A DNA stretch of 64,000 nt, taken from contig OY740801.1 of assembly GCA_963514005.1 (NCBI GenBank), positions 4,092,001 to 4,156,000 of the forward strand, read 5' to 3'. The stretch is from Raja brachyura. Lineage: Eukaryota. A program made the position numbers and the translations under genes. Of this stretch, positions 39,830 through 52,622 are shown piece after piece. Numbering within the stretch: position 1 is the first letter of the stretch; each line of letters opens with the position of its first letter. Under the pieces are notes generated by a model, which worked only from the letters and a program-made list of their open reading frames with translations, ran no database searches and was not told the origin of the DNA.

Positions 39830-40165
39830 TTCGGTGGTGGCACAGCAGTTAAATATCGCAGAGGCCCTGACCTATCCAGACAACAGTGTTCAAATCCCAG
39901 CTGTGAAATATAAATTCAACCAATAATGTAGAATTTCAAGAAAACAAGTGAAAAAAAAATCACAAAAAAAAATCAGCTTGTTGCCCCAAAAAAAATTGTT
40001 CACTCCAGGGGAGAAATTCTGCCACTTGTACCAGGTCTGGTAACTCCTGAAGCAGACAAAGATGGCTGCTTCTTTAAAAAGAATCTCCTCTGAAGTGCCT
40101 AACAAATCAGTCAATTAAGGCATTCGGGAAATGGACAATAAATGCTCCCCTTGTCAGTCATGACT
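39830..40165 (+). mobile_element. Degenerate ancient SINE-like repeat (similar remnants near 27160-27300 and 35545-35670)
   Basis: GTTCAAATCCCA B-box-like motif and a 3' CAATTAAGG...GGACAATAAATGCT tail. Confidence 0.45.
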
Positions 40166-40385
40166 GATCCGATAAAGAAAAATAGTAAAAAAGATAAATA
40201 ACACCATAGTTACTAGATAGTTATAGAAATGAGCAAAAAAAGAACTGTCGCTCAAATGAAAGAAATAATTTACTATACCTTTATCTGACAAAATCAACCA
40301 GAAAGGTTATTTTAGATGTTACTATGGTTATCTAATCAGCTATCTGGATTAACAGAAGGATTTCCCCGACAACAATACATTCACT

Positions 40386-41059
40386 CAGAACTGCCAAGTT
40401 TTGTCAGAGCATTTCAGTATTCTAGTACCTGAAAATCAGTATTTTTACGCGCTGCCATTTTGCCCATGTAAGAGTACAAGAATGCATAACTTTGTAACCA
40501 ATTGACATGTCTTCTACGCACCTTACTTGACAGTGAATTCATTGCCATCTCTTTGCATACTTCTGTTTGAATGGCTGCTTCCTGCTTTTAGCACCAGATG
40601 ATGTAGAAGCCATTTGGAAGCCTCCCTCCCTCGCTCTCTCTCCCTCTCCTTCCTCTTTCCCTCCCTCGCCTTCCTTTTTTTCTCCCTCCCTCTCTTATTC
40701 TCTCTCTCCCTCTCTGAACAGTCTGTGACCCATAGCGCTGTGGCCATAGCGTTATTTGTAAAACCCACAGTGCTATGTGTAAAGGCAATAGAGCTCCACC
40801 TGGGAGCGCTATAATTAGAACCCATAGCGCTGTTCATCATCCAGATCTTGAAATTTAAAATACTAATAGATTTAATCTGCCATAATTTTTAGAATTACAG
40901 TATGACTTTTTATATCCTTGCATTTTTTAAGCAGCAAGATGAAACAGGAAGTCGGGCCGATTTTAAAAAAATCCTTATTTTACAAAGCAAATCCGTAATC
41001 CGTATTCTTATTGCATTTCCGTACCAAATACGAAAAATTCGTACTACTTGGCAGCTATG
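40386..41059. mobile_element. Non-autonomous TIR DNA transposon with 6-bp TSD (hAT-related by inference)
   Basis: Imperfect TIRs CAGAACTGCCAAGT / ACTTGGCAGCTATG. TTCACT is duplicated directly on both flanks (40380-40385, 41060-41065). Internal CT-rich tract and repeated CATAGCGCT motifs. Confidence 0.7.
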
Positions 41060-42945
41060 TTCACTGAGTTAACTGCAAAGGCAAAAATAACCACGTGGCC
41101 TTTGATTCCTAGTTATTCACTTGCACATTCCGGTTACTCTGATAGCACTGCCTGACACAGACATTTCTGTAAGTTGGTCAGCAGATATTTAATTTTATTT
41201 AAATCAGGTTCTGCTCCGAGTTCTTAAGAAGCAAACTTAAATATGCTAATTTGCTGTCAATAATCCTGGTAAGGTATAGAAGCTGGAAGCATCAGCAAAG
41301 ATGAACATTTTAGATAGATTTTAGCTACAGGTTGTGTTTCTGGTCTATTCAATTCATGCTTCAAACAAAATATAACTAATGTATTAGTAACATGTAGTCA
41401 TCTGTGAACTACGATGCTCTCATGATTCATTGTACAGTATAAACAAATGAAACTAGAGATCACGGGGCAGATTTTAACCACAGGAAGAGTAACTATTAAG
41501 CTCCCACTGTTTTTGGTGAGATGCCAAGCCATTTAGAAGCCTGGACTGCAGCTTTAATTCCTCCAAAAAGTATTGTTGGCAATAGACACGTTTCCACGCT
41601 GAACTGCAAAGTTCTTGGTAGCTTAGGCACTCATGCTCCTATTGAACATTATAAAATATATTTAAAAAACCCAACTTTCACATAATTTAGAATGTCAGAT
41701 TTTCAGTGTGGTTGGTTAAATTAAAAAAACCCCACCAGTTTCCATGATACCAACTGTATACACACAGTGGCTTTACTCCCTGGAGCGAGTTCATACTTCT
41801 TGAAACTATATAGATTTTCTTTTCTAATATGCAGCCTTTCAGAAAGCAGCAAGTTAGATTATTCTCACAAGCCAGGCTGTAAATTTAGAAATACATTGTC
41901 TGAAAGAGCAATTGTTGATTTGTTTTCTCAAACCTGCAGAAAAAGTATATTATTCCTCAACCCCACATAAGCTAATACGATTCCCTTTCCACTAACATTT
42001 GGATATGGAATTTCATATCACAATAATCCTCCATGGAAATAGAACCTCTTCCATTATTTTTTCGGTAATTATCTTAGTCCAGACTTCCAGTCGATTACTC
42101 ATTGACTAATGGATATAGTTTTTACATTGATAAGTCTGTGGGGACCAAGGTTCAACTTTGAACAATAGCAGGTCAGGGGGAGTTCCCCCTGCCACGGGTA
42201 CCATGTAATCCTATGCTACCTGCTCCATACATTTTCAGAGTTGCCGATCTGTTTCCAGGAGTTAAATTGAAGCATCAAATTCATTTTCTCGCCTTCCAAC
42301 TTCAACTCTTCCATTTCGACAAAACACACAAAAAGAGAGAAAATTGTCCTGGCTCGAATTTTCTGCAGGCATTACTGTAAACTTAATTGCAATAATTTAG
42401 TTTCTGTACAACTGGCCTGATCTGCAAATTACTGGAAAACAAAGAGTTTATTCATTCATTAGTTTTAAAATCATTTGCACAGGTTCAAAAATTGAACTGC
42501 AAATTAATGGGAAATGAAACAACAAAAACAAGCTTTTGTTTGGAAATAAAAACCTTTGTCATACTAATCCTATGACACATACAGAGCCATGTATCCGTGC
42601 ATGATCTAAAAGTAATAATTTGCAGCTGCAGACTTTACTCATGTCAATTATGACTTGACGTCAATAAAGCTATTGTAAACAGGCTGGGTTAGTTCATCCG
42701 GCAGAAATCTCTTAAAATTTAATATATTAACTAGTTAAATACTCTGCAAATCACATACATCTTCAGATAAAAATAATTGACTAAATGGTTAAAAGCAAAC
42801 TATTAAAAAACTTTATGAATAAACATTTGACAGTTTCCAGGAGAAATTCAATTAAAATTTGCTTTGAAACTAAACTTTAACATTACAGACTTACTGTGGA
42901 TATGGTAAATGCCTTCTCCCTTATCGCAAGTATGTCTTATCATAC

Positions 42946-43310
42946 TTACGATACAATAGAACTTCATTTATCCCAGGAGGGAAATTGATCTGCCAACAGG
43001 CATAAAAACACAAAATACATAATACATGAAATTAAAGTGACGAGTGGAAAGGCTTGGAGGATGTGCAAAGATTGGGGAGGGGAGTCAGTCTACCCCACGA
43101 CAGAAGGGAAAGTTGTTGTAAAGTTTGATAGCGACAGGGATCTCCTGTGGCGTTCTGTGCTGCATCTTGGTGGAACCAGTCTGTTGCTGAAGGTGCTCAT
43201 CAGGTTGACCAGTGTGTCATGGAGGGGGTATGCTGTATTGTCCAGCATCCTCCCCTCCAAGACCACCTCCCATGAATCCAACTCCACCACCAGGAGCCAG
43301 TCTTCCTGAT
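42946..43310 (-). mobile_element. Rex1/Babar-type LINE 3' end
   Basis: ELDSWEVVLEGRM..LDNTAYPLHDTLV..STFSNRLVPPRCSTERHRRS resembles the Rex1-type ORF C-terminus. Confidence 0.75.
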
Positions 43311-43564
43311 TAGTATTGTCTCACAGGTCCTATAGTACATTTTCACCTTCTACAAGTATATTGATATTACCCCTTTATTTTTGGTGCAGTGTGAGAGAGC
43401 TGAGAGTTGGGTTGGAAAGCTATTTCACTGAGTATCAGGCCAATAGTTTGGACTATTAAGTCTCAAAAAATACAAAATATTAAATATACATATATAAAAT
43501 CCCAGAAAAAATGGAACAAAACTGGTGGTAAGGTAACAAATATTTGAGGAGGAAAAGAACCGAC

Positions 43565-44740
43565 TGCATTAGTTAAACAGTCAAATGAAGAGTGTGGGAA
43601 ATGCATGGAGTAACACCAGGCATACCCCAGAATGAGGAATCAACTTGATGAAGCTATAAGGCAGGCCTACCCACATACCAAACAACGTAAGCAGCATGCA
43701 ATAAACAGAACTAAGCAATCCCACATCCAACAGATCAGATTTAAGCTCTACAGTCCTGCATATCCAGTTGTGAATGATGGTGGACAATTAAACACTCACT
43801 GGAGGAGTGGGCTCTACAAATATCCCCATTCTCAATAATGGGGGTACCCAGCACATCAGTGCCAAATAGAAAGCTGAAGCATTTGTGCTGACCTTCAACC
43901 CAAAGTGCTGTGTGGCCTGATAGCATGATAGATGGAATCTTCAGCCAATTCTTGATATCACGTGGAATGAATCAAAACGGTGAAAAGCAAACACTATAGG
44001 ACCCAACAACATTCTGGCGATAGTACAAATGACATGCTCCAGAACTTGCTGCAGCCTTATCTAAGCTGTCCAGTACAGCTACAACATTGGCATCAAGAGG
44101 GCATGACATGAGAATTAAGGGACAGATGTTTAGGGGTAACATGAGGGGGAACTTCTTTACTCAGAGAGTGGTGGCTGTGTGGAATGAGCTTCCAGCAGAA
44201 GTGGTGGAGGCAGGATCAATTTTAACATTTAAAAGTAAAGTGGATAGTTATATGGACGGGAAGGGAATGGAGAAGTATGGTCTGCATGCAGGTAGATGGG
44301 ACTAGGGGAAAATAAATGTTTGGCACGGACTGGAAGGGCCTGTTTCCGTGCTGTAATTGTTATATGGTTATATATGGTTATATGGCATCCATCTGACCAC
44401 GTGGAAAATTGCCCAGATATGTCCTGGCCACAAAAAGCAGGACAATTCTAACCCAGTCAGTTACAATCCTCTAGTCTACTCTCGATCAGGAGCAAAGTGA
44501 TGGAAGGGATAATCTATAACACTATCAAGCCATACTTCCTTAACAACCTATCCACAGAAACTCAGTTTGGATTCCGCCAAAGTCACCCAGTTTCTGACCT
44601 CCAGCGTCCAAACATGGACAAAAGAACTGCGCTACAGTGATGAAATGAGAATAACCACCCTTTAGACCAAATCAGAATTTGATCAAGTATCAACAAGGAG
44701 AACTGGCTAAACTGGAGTCAATGGGAATCAAGGGGTAAAG
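43565..44740 (+). mobile_element. Old LINE reverse-transcriptase fragment (CR1/L2 group) interrupted by a younger CR1 tail
   Basis: APELAAALSKL..YSYNIGI....WKIAQICPGHKKQDNSNP.SY.P..LLSIRSKVMEG...QFGFRQ. Confidence 0.75.
44095..44382 (+). mobile_element. CR1-type LINE 3' end with (GTTATATG)n tail and 7-bp TSD
   Basis: RGHDMRIKG...FFTQRVVAVWNELP. TGGCATC is present on both flanks (44088-44094, 44383-44389). Confidence 0.85.
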
Positions 44741-45999
44741 AGAGTTTGTAGTATCGTTTCAAGAAAACAGTCTCTCCCTCAATGTTAGCAAAACAAGGGA
44801 GGTGGACATCGACTTCAGGAAGCGGAGTGGAGTACATGTTGTAATCTGCATCAAAGATTTACTGCAGCTCCACAATTCTTTGTTGTCAACCCAATTATTC
44901 CATCTAAAATGTTCCACACAAGTACATTTGTCTACACTGTACATCATGAACTGACTGCTTTCCTTTCTAGCTCCTTTCCATATCGCCAGTTGCAACAATT
45001 CACATTGATATGGTGCCTTGGGCAAAAGCAGGCAAAAAAGGAGGAAAAAATGGAACAAGTACCATTTGTGGAGCTGCGAGAATTACATAGAAAGATGTTA
45101 AACATCTGTTCACATCGTAATAACAACCCTCAGTTGACGACTCCAAGACAAATATAAAAAGGTCATAGGAGTAGGAGCATCCATCCACATTTATTTCTAA
45201 TCCTATTTTGCCAGCTTTTTAAAATAGAAAATTGCACTTTATGATTAACACATAACAATGCTATGCTAATTGAAACATTTCAAAGTTTCCTGGGCACTGC
45301 TTTATAAAATGCTTTTGGAATAATCACAACTTGCATTTAAATATTCCCCTTTATGTAATCAGAACCATCCACTACATCACAAAAACTGGTAGGCAATCTT
45401 CTCAGAAACTTTTATTTTATATACAATGATTATGTGTTAATTATAAGAAAAAGATGCAGTTACTTTGGAATAATTATTTAAAAAATCCAATCCCTGGGGT
45501 TCTTTAATTATATCAATTTGGAATAATTTTACACCAGAAACAGGCTGCATTTGTAATTAATCAACTGATAAAACAGATAGTTAATGTTTTAATTCCTGTT
45601 TCATCATTTATCCGTTACAAAATAAAGACCGTGTTATTTTAACTGCATCAAAGAGAAAAACTACTAGATGTTGCTCAAAGACAATTAAAAAGGTCCCCTT
45701 GGCTTAGAAACAAGGCTTGCATGCTCAGAATATTCAATCTTGCTGCAAATTGGGTTATTTATACACATTCGGGACAAAAACAGTATGCTGAAAATGGATG
45801 ACACCGATTAAGCGATGATCTCTGCCGAGAATATGGACTCAAAACAGGATCTATGTACTTTCCAGGCTACACCTTTTCAGGCGATACAATTCCACATTGG
45901 AAAATACCACTAGAGCCAGTCGCATTTCAGGACATTTTTTTGTAAAGAAAATGTTTGCCCAGCAAGGATTCTGATGCTAGGGGCAAAGGAGTATTTATC

Positions 46000-47546
46000 T
46001 TTATTGAAGTGATTAACATGCTGCTGATTTACAATTATATTTTTGTGTAGATTGTAAATAATAAATGACTGTCCAAAGATGGCAAAAATGAAATATTCAC
46101 ACTTACACGCAGACACCAAGTCTAAATCAACCTGGTAAATGACAACTTTTCTTGTGGTTTGTGTTAAATACAATATAGGAACCACAATCAGATTGTGTTA
46201 AGGGATACAACAATCAACATTAACTTACCAACCTAGAAAAATGCACCTCCAACAGCAACTCCACAACCATACACTGTTTGTAAAAACTGAGAAATTTAAA
46301 ACCAATTCTATATATGATATGAGCAGATATTCCACATCACATTCAGCAAATTAAAAGTCTCAGTGAACATAATATAACAATCAAATAGATTGTTGCTCAA
46401 ACACTAATTATACCTAAACATTTCAAACTTTAATTTTATATTGCAAGTTGAAGTATTATAAATTGAAGTCGATCGAAAAACTATTTCCATCCTTACAACT
46501 ATTAATTGGTATTCTCACTCTGGAATAACATTAGCCTTGACTGAATTATCTATGCAGGTTATTGATCTAAACGTGGACCAACAGCCGCAGGTCTCCAACC
46601 AACTTCAGGTTTAATCAATAAAACCATTTCCTTTGATTGAAGTACTTGGGTTTCACTAAGTGACAATATTGTATTTGAAAGTAGACTTCTCTTAAGAGCA
46701 GTGGTCTCAAAATTATACACTTCAATTTTTCAAGAAAAGCTACATACGGCTTTCTATTAGAAATCTGCTGTGCCCCATCTGGAAAACTCACTAGCTTAAG
46801 AATTTTGATACAAAATAAGGATCAATACATAATAAATGTGCCAATGTTTACGGCACAAAAGAATGCCACCCTTAATTTGAATTAATGTAGTTAAAATCCT
46901 ATAGAAACATTTCCTTGTTTAAAGTCTTATTCAATTATGTGGCAAAAATATTAACTCTGGCAAATAACAAAATGGTACAAGCTACAGTTCTAATTTTGTA
47001 AACTTGGGTACATATATTCCCACAAATGGGCTGATTGTCACGTTTTTTAACCCAGCTGTTGAAATGCGATAGGAAAATGTTCCCTGGATAATTAAAACTC
47101 ATTATAAATTGATAAGTTACATTCTAAAAGTAATGATATTCAATAGCAAAAAGAAAAATGAAGCTTCCATTATAGGAAGAGCCTCAGCATTCCAAATAGA
47201 CAATAGACGGAAAGATACAATATAGGAACAATACAAGATTTTTTTTTGTTTTTATTGAAGTGATAAAAAATGGTTCTGATTTACACTGATATTTTTACTT
47301 AGACTGCAAATAATAAATAACTTGTCCAGAGGTGGCAAAAATTAAATATTCATACTTGCACGCAGACACCAAATCTAAACCAATCTGGTAAGAGTGACAG
47401 GCAGCATCTCTGGAAGAAGGGTCTCGGTCCGAAAGGTCACAAATTTCTTCTCTCCAGATGTTGCCCGACCCACTGAGTTACTCCAGCTTTTTATATCTTT
47501 GGTAAGTGTGACAACTATTCTTGCTGTTTGTGTGAAGTACAATCAA
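46000..47546. repeat. Diverged ~200-bp direct duplication (46000-46210 and 47251-47546)
   Basis: Both copies share TTTATTGAAGTGAT...CTGATTTACA...AAATAATAAAT...TGGCAAAAAT.AAATATTCA.ACTT.CACGCAGACACCAA.TCTAAA...TTGTGTTAAG.GATACAA. Confidence 0.85.
47400..47499 (+). mobile_element. 100-bp Penelope-like insertion with 14-bp TSD
   Basis: TGGTAAG(A/T)GTGACA occurs at 47386-47399 and 47500-47513. A short inverted GGCAGCATCTCTGG precedes the forward copy. Confidence 0.75.
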
Positions 47547-48439
47547 TTTGTGTTAAGTGATACAAGTCTTATTTTTTTACATAATTACATCCTCACATCC
47601 AGCCTCATCTAGGTGCAGATATCTGAACAAATACATGTATCAATCCAATGGCCATTTAAAAGAGCAAGTGAGGAAACTCAACAAAAGAGGATATGTAATC
47701 AATAAGTTTCCCTCAAAATCGTTAAAGTGTATTGACTGCCATTGGTTAAGTAAGCAGACCAAACAGTGACACTGATCTTCAAAACCATGATTATGGAAGA
47801 AGCAGGACAGGAAAGAAAGAGGAATCATCTTTTTAACAAAGTGCAGAGAACTGGAAACAGATATTCCAAGATAAAATTCATGTGGCACAGATTAATAGTC
47901 TCAATTAGCACGTTCATTTGCATTACAAATAGACAAACCAGGAATTATTCGTTAATAAGCCAACACTCTGGAAAGAACACTTAACAACTCCCAATGCAAG
48001 TGTAGCAAATGCAGGAAGTTTAGACTTACTGGGCAAGTGCCATCAACAATTTGCTTGTGTTTTACTTCACGTTTATCCAAGGAAACTAGCAGCTTGCTGC
48101 TCTCAACATAGGATCTGAAAGCCCATTCAGTTGAATGGGAATTGTAGTGTCACATGGATGGGGTGTAGTTTGGACGGCAAAATCACCGTAGAATAGAATC
48201 AACATCTTCAAAGGGTTAAACGGTTGTGGAAACTTTAAAAAAATCTATATACACGTATCCTGCGATTCACAAAAAGGGTTAAATTACGAAAACATATTTT
48301 ATTACTTAAGAATTTGCAAATCCTAAAAGCATGTTGTATTATTTTCAATGTAAAATCTCAAGTTGCATGCCAAGGCTCACAAGCTACAGTCAGTCCAAAT
48401 AAACTCAAAATAAGGCTGGGCAAACAACTGAAGTATTAT

Positions 48440-49150
48440 TGGGAAAGCACTTGGGGACCACTCACCATAATTATTATTAGTTTTTAAATAGTCATGGAAA
48501 AGATGATGTCCTAAATTGCTGCAAGGCCAATTTTGATGGTATTGGACTGGAACTTTCAGAAGTGATTGGGGGTGAAGATAAAGGAACTTCTGATATGTAA
48601 AAGGCCTAGTGAGGGTTCAGGGCCAACATGTTCCTGTTATAGCGAAGGGCAAGACTGGCAGGAGTGGGGAGCCCTGGATGACAGGAGATAGAGGGAAAAC
48701 CCCAACGTTTAACGTGTTAACCTGCAATTACAATGGAACGAGAAATGTCATGTGTAGTTTAATTTGTATTATTATGGGACAAATCATGGCAGGATTTTCA
48801 CAGTAAATGGTAGGGTTCTAAGGAATGTTATAGAACGGAGACCTCAGGATGCAAGTACATGGTTCATAAAGATGGAGATATAGGTGGACAGCGATGAAGT
48901 CAGCATTTGGCACTAAAAGCCTTCATTGGTCAGAGTATGGTGTACAGGAGTTGGAACATCATGGTACAACTGTTCAAGACATTGGTAAAGCTGCATTTGG
49001 AGTACTGCGTACAGTTCTGGTAACCTTGCTATAGGAAGGATGCCATTAAGCTGGGAAGGGAAAAAAAAGGGGAACAAACAGGTTTGGAGAATGTTACTGG
49101 GTCTGGAGGGTTTGAGTTGTAAGGAGAGGCTGGACAGGCTGATTTTTTTC
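48440..49150 (+). mobile_element. Old CR1-type LINE fragments
   Basis: Degenerate HLEYCVQFW and LEGLSCKERLDRL motifs. Confidence 0.65.
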
Positions 49151-49494
49151 CCTAGCCATGATAGATACGTGTTCAATACCATGTACACAAATCCTCTGAT
49201 AATAAATGTAGTCCATATCAGCATCTGGTAACACCCAGATCTAAGCAGACAAATAAATAACAGGCAGCATATGTCACACAAGCACCAGATAACATGCATC
49301 TCAGAGCACAGCCTCCTCTTTATCACCAAATCCCCTAAAACAACAACCTGCCAGTCTGAGCAAGGGCGCTGGCAGGGCGCAACACAACAATCAAGTGGGT
49401 CTGTGGCTGATTTTTCACTTCAAAACGCAAGAATATTTGGAGGAAAAAAGGAATTCTACCCATTTTCCTCACCTACATCTGCCACACAAACCAG

Positions 49495-49926
49495 CCTCTC
49501 TTTTATTGACTCCATTTGTACCTAACACTGCCTTGGCAAGGCCAACAGCATAATCAAAGACGAGTCGCACACTGGCCACTCCCTTTTCTCCCCTCTCCCA
49601 TCAGGTAAAAGTTATGGAAGTGTGAAAACGCACACCACTGGATTCAGGGACAGTTTCTTCCCAGCTGTTATAAGCAACTGAATCATCCTACCACAACCAG
49701 AGACTAGGCCTGAACTATTATCTACCTCTTTGGTGACCCTTGGACTATCCTTGATCGGACTTTGCTGGCTTTACCTTGCAGTAAATGCTATTCCCTTATC
49801 ATGTATCTATGCACTGTAAAAGGATCGATTGTAATCATGTCTTGTCTTTCTGTTGACTGGTTAGTACGCAACAAAAAGTTTTCACTGTATCTCAGTACAC
49901 GTGACAATAAACTGAACTGAACTGAA
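49495..49926 (+). mobile_element. Rex1-type LINE 3' end
   Basis: CLGKANSIIKDESHTGHSLFSPLPSGKSY..VKTHT..FRDSFFPAVI, then a 3' UTR ending GTGACAATAAA(CTGAA)n. Confidence 0.8.
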
Positions 49927-50346
49927 TGCGGAGACCAGGTATTTAGCATGAGAAAGAACACACTAGACATGTCAATAATTTACATTGTTCAATGTCTTTA
50001 CTGTTTAACATTCTAAGGTGGTACACAGGAACTCAGTATAATTTTGTCGCATTAAGGGATACATTAGAATCTAATGATTAGATCAGATAAGTAAATGCTT
50101 GGTCAAAGAAACAGTTTTTAAATAACATCTTAAAAACGATGGGCAAGACGTTTGAGGCACAAATTAAACACAACACAAAGAAACAGCATTAATAGTGAAG
50201 CAATGGAAAAGAGGACAAGAGAAGTAGTCATTAAGGTACAGAGATGTGGGAAGAATTTAAGATTGTTAAGAATCAGAGGAATAGAAAGACCAGAGATTCA
50301 AACAACAGAGGCATGATTTTCAACACAGAAGTGTCCACGACCTATA

Positions 50347-50617
50347 GGGTGGCACAGCGGTTGAGCTGCTGCCTCAGTTCCAGGGACCCTGGTTTGTTCC
50401 TAAATACGCATGCTCTCCGTGCGGGGTTTGAACATCCTCCTTGTGAGTTTTCTCCGGGTGCTCCGATTTCCTCCCGCATTCCATGGTAGTGCTAGTTTAA
50501 AGGTTAATTGTTCATGTAATTGTCCCTAGCGTGTAAGACATTGAACTGGTACACAAGTGATCGATGGGCCGAAGGGCTTGTTTCCACATTGTATCTCTAA
50601 AGTGAACTCTAAACTAA
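50347..50617 (+). mobile_element. HE1-like SINE
   Basis: Runs from the GGTGGCACAGCGG head to the GGGCTTGTTTCCACATTGTATCTCTAAA tail. Confidence 0.8.
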
Positions 50618-51451
50618 ATTTGGAACCAATGCGTTTCAGCAACTAAGGGACCATGGTAGAATTGACAAGTTGCTGGTTAGGTTATAGGCAGCTGATTGTG
50701 GGGAAGCTCAATGGAGGGACACATGGTCTTAGGCCAGCTCAAAGAGCATTCAAATTTGTCAGAGATAACAGACATGAGGTAATAACATCGAAAAAAAGTG
50801 ATATGGAAGTTGAAAGTAAAGCTTTTTTTAAAATAAATACTAATGAACAAAATGTACCCCCTCTGGACTTTCTTCACCTTTTATGAGCTCAGCCTCAATA
50901 AGTCTAGAATTTTGCCTTTGTTCTTGATGCAGCTGTTTGGCACAGTAAACAATAGATTATTCCTTTCCAGTGACATCTAGCACAAACCCAAGATATTTTC
51001 ACTGAGCAAGTTTCTATGATTCATCTGTTTGTGCATCTACTTCACAGATCAAAATATTTTTGCAGCATGTCTGGTCTTTTATTTAAATGTCTAAGAGTAA
51101 TACCAACACAAAGCTTTTTGCTGTACCCAGCAAATGTAACAATAATAAACTTTGAACTGACTTTATTCTTAGGTCTTTACATTTTTTGTCTCGCCTTTTA
51201 TTTTCAATTTCAATGGAACCTCCAATTTGTATTCACACCAAAGCCTCCTGCTAAATGTTTATTCTTGTCTTTTTAAACAAATTAAGTTGTCGAAGAGTAA
51301 CAATATTATTGCAAATGTGAAAGCTTCTACCTTTCACAAACTCATGCAAAGATTAAAAATATGAATCACTTTATGAAACAATTATACCAATGAAAGAATG
51401 TCTTGGTCTGGAAAATGTAAAAGACTAATGCCACAAATCAGGATTGAGCAT

Positions 51452-51590
51452 GGAGTGGGAGATTTGAACCTTCATGAGGTCTGCCCTGTTTCGACTAATG
51501 CAATCAACGTGGCGTACACAATCAAATAAGATCAAATAGAACAAGTTATCCTACAACTTTAGGCTGTGCACGCCATATGCAACAAGAAGA
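51452..51590 (+). mobile_element. Short non-LTR retroelement 3' end with (AAG)n tail and 12-bp TSD
   Basis: AGGATTGAGCAT occurs at 51440-51451 and 51591-51602. The insert ends CGCCATATGCAACAAGAAGA. Confidence 0.8.
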
Positions 51591-52429
51591 AGGATTGAGC
51601 ATTATCTGGAACTAGTACAGATATTGGGGGTATCCTTTTAATCTTCTCTGAAATTACATTCATCAACAATTTTGGAGATACTGTTTGTCCAGTAGAAAGA
51701 TAAGTAACACCAACTCGGAAAGCTTCACTCTGTGTCATTGTGACATTAAAATAGTTCTTAAGAAGCAGAAAACGCCTAGAATTTCAAATGTACAAATACA
51801 GCAGAAACTAATTCAGAGATTTTCAAAAGGGAACCTGATAAAAAGAATTGGAAGGGGCATATTTTTCTGGTCTTTGAAGAAAGAGGATGGGAGTGGAACC
51901 ATTGCAAATGCTCTTTGGAGGGCAGCAGGGCATAAATCAGTAAAATGCCCACCTCCCCATGCTGCATCATTGCACAAAGTTCAAAGATAGAATTTTGAAA
52001 ATATAAATATCAATCTGCAAACATCACTAAAATCACAGAATCCCATTTAGCTCACACAGATTTAATCATCTTGTGACCACAAATAAGTGGTTCCAGTGAT
52101 TGTTTCTGGTGGTATTTATGCTTCCTGAACTGTGCTTCATGCAGGTCTTTCCTGCAACTCAAAGATTTGTATCGCTAACACTTGCAAGATCTCAACAAAT
52201 TCACTTCCTTAAAAAAAATTAAGAATTTTTAAAAAAGCCTTGAAATCTAGCAACTTAATATCTCTTCATCAGTCTGAAGGGCTCCAACCCGTAATGTTGT
52301 CTGTCAACTTCCCTCCACAGTTGTTGACTGACCCAGAGTTCCTCCAGCAGCTTTTTTTTTTCTCTAACATTTTTCAATCTACTTTGTCTTTTCTTATGAT
52401 TTATTTTCACCAAAGATTTCACCTGCTTA

Positions 52430-52622
52430 AGGGCCTGTCCCACTTTCACGCCCTATTTTACTCGTGGGCATTTTTCATCGGGCTAAAAAAACGGCCCGAC
52501 CTACTTGATGCCACGAGCACCTACGACTAGCATCACGACCTACCTACGACCTCGTGGCAACCATGCTGCGAGTATGAGTAAAGGACAAACTCGGCAGAGG
52601 TCATGAAAGTGGGACAGACCCT
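52430..52622. mobile_element. PIF/Harbinger-type MITE (193 bp)
   Basis: TIRs AGGGCCTGTCCCACTTTCA / TGAAAGTGGGACAGACCCT, TTA on both flanks, and internal CCTACGAC repeats. Confidence 0.8.
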
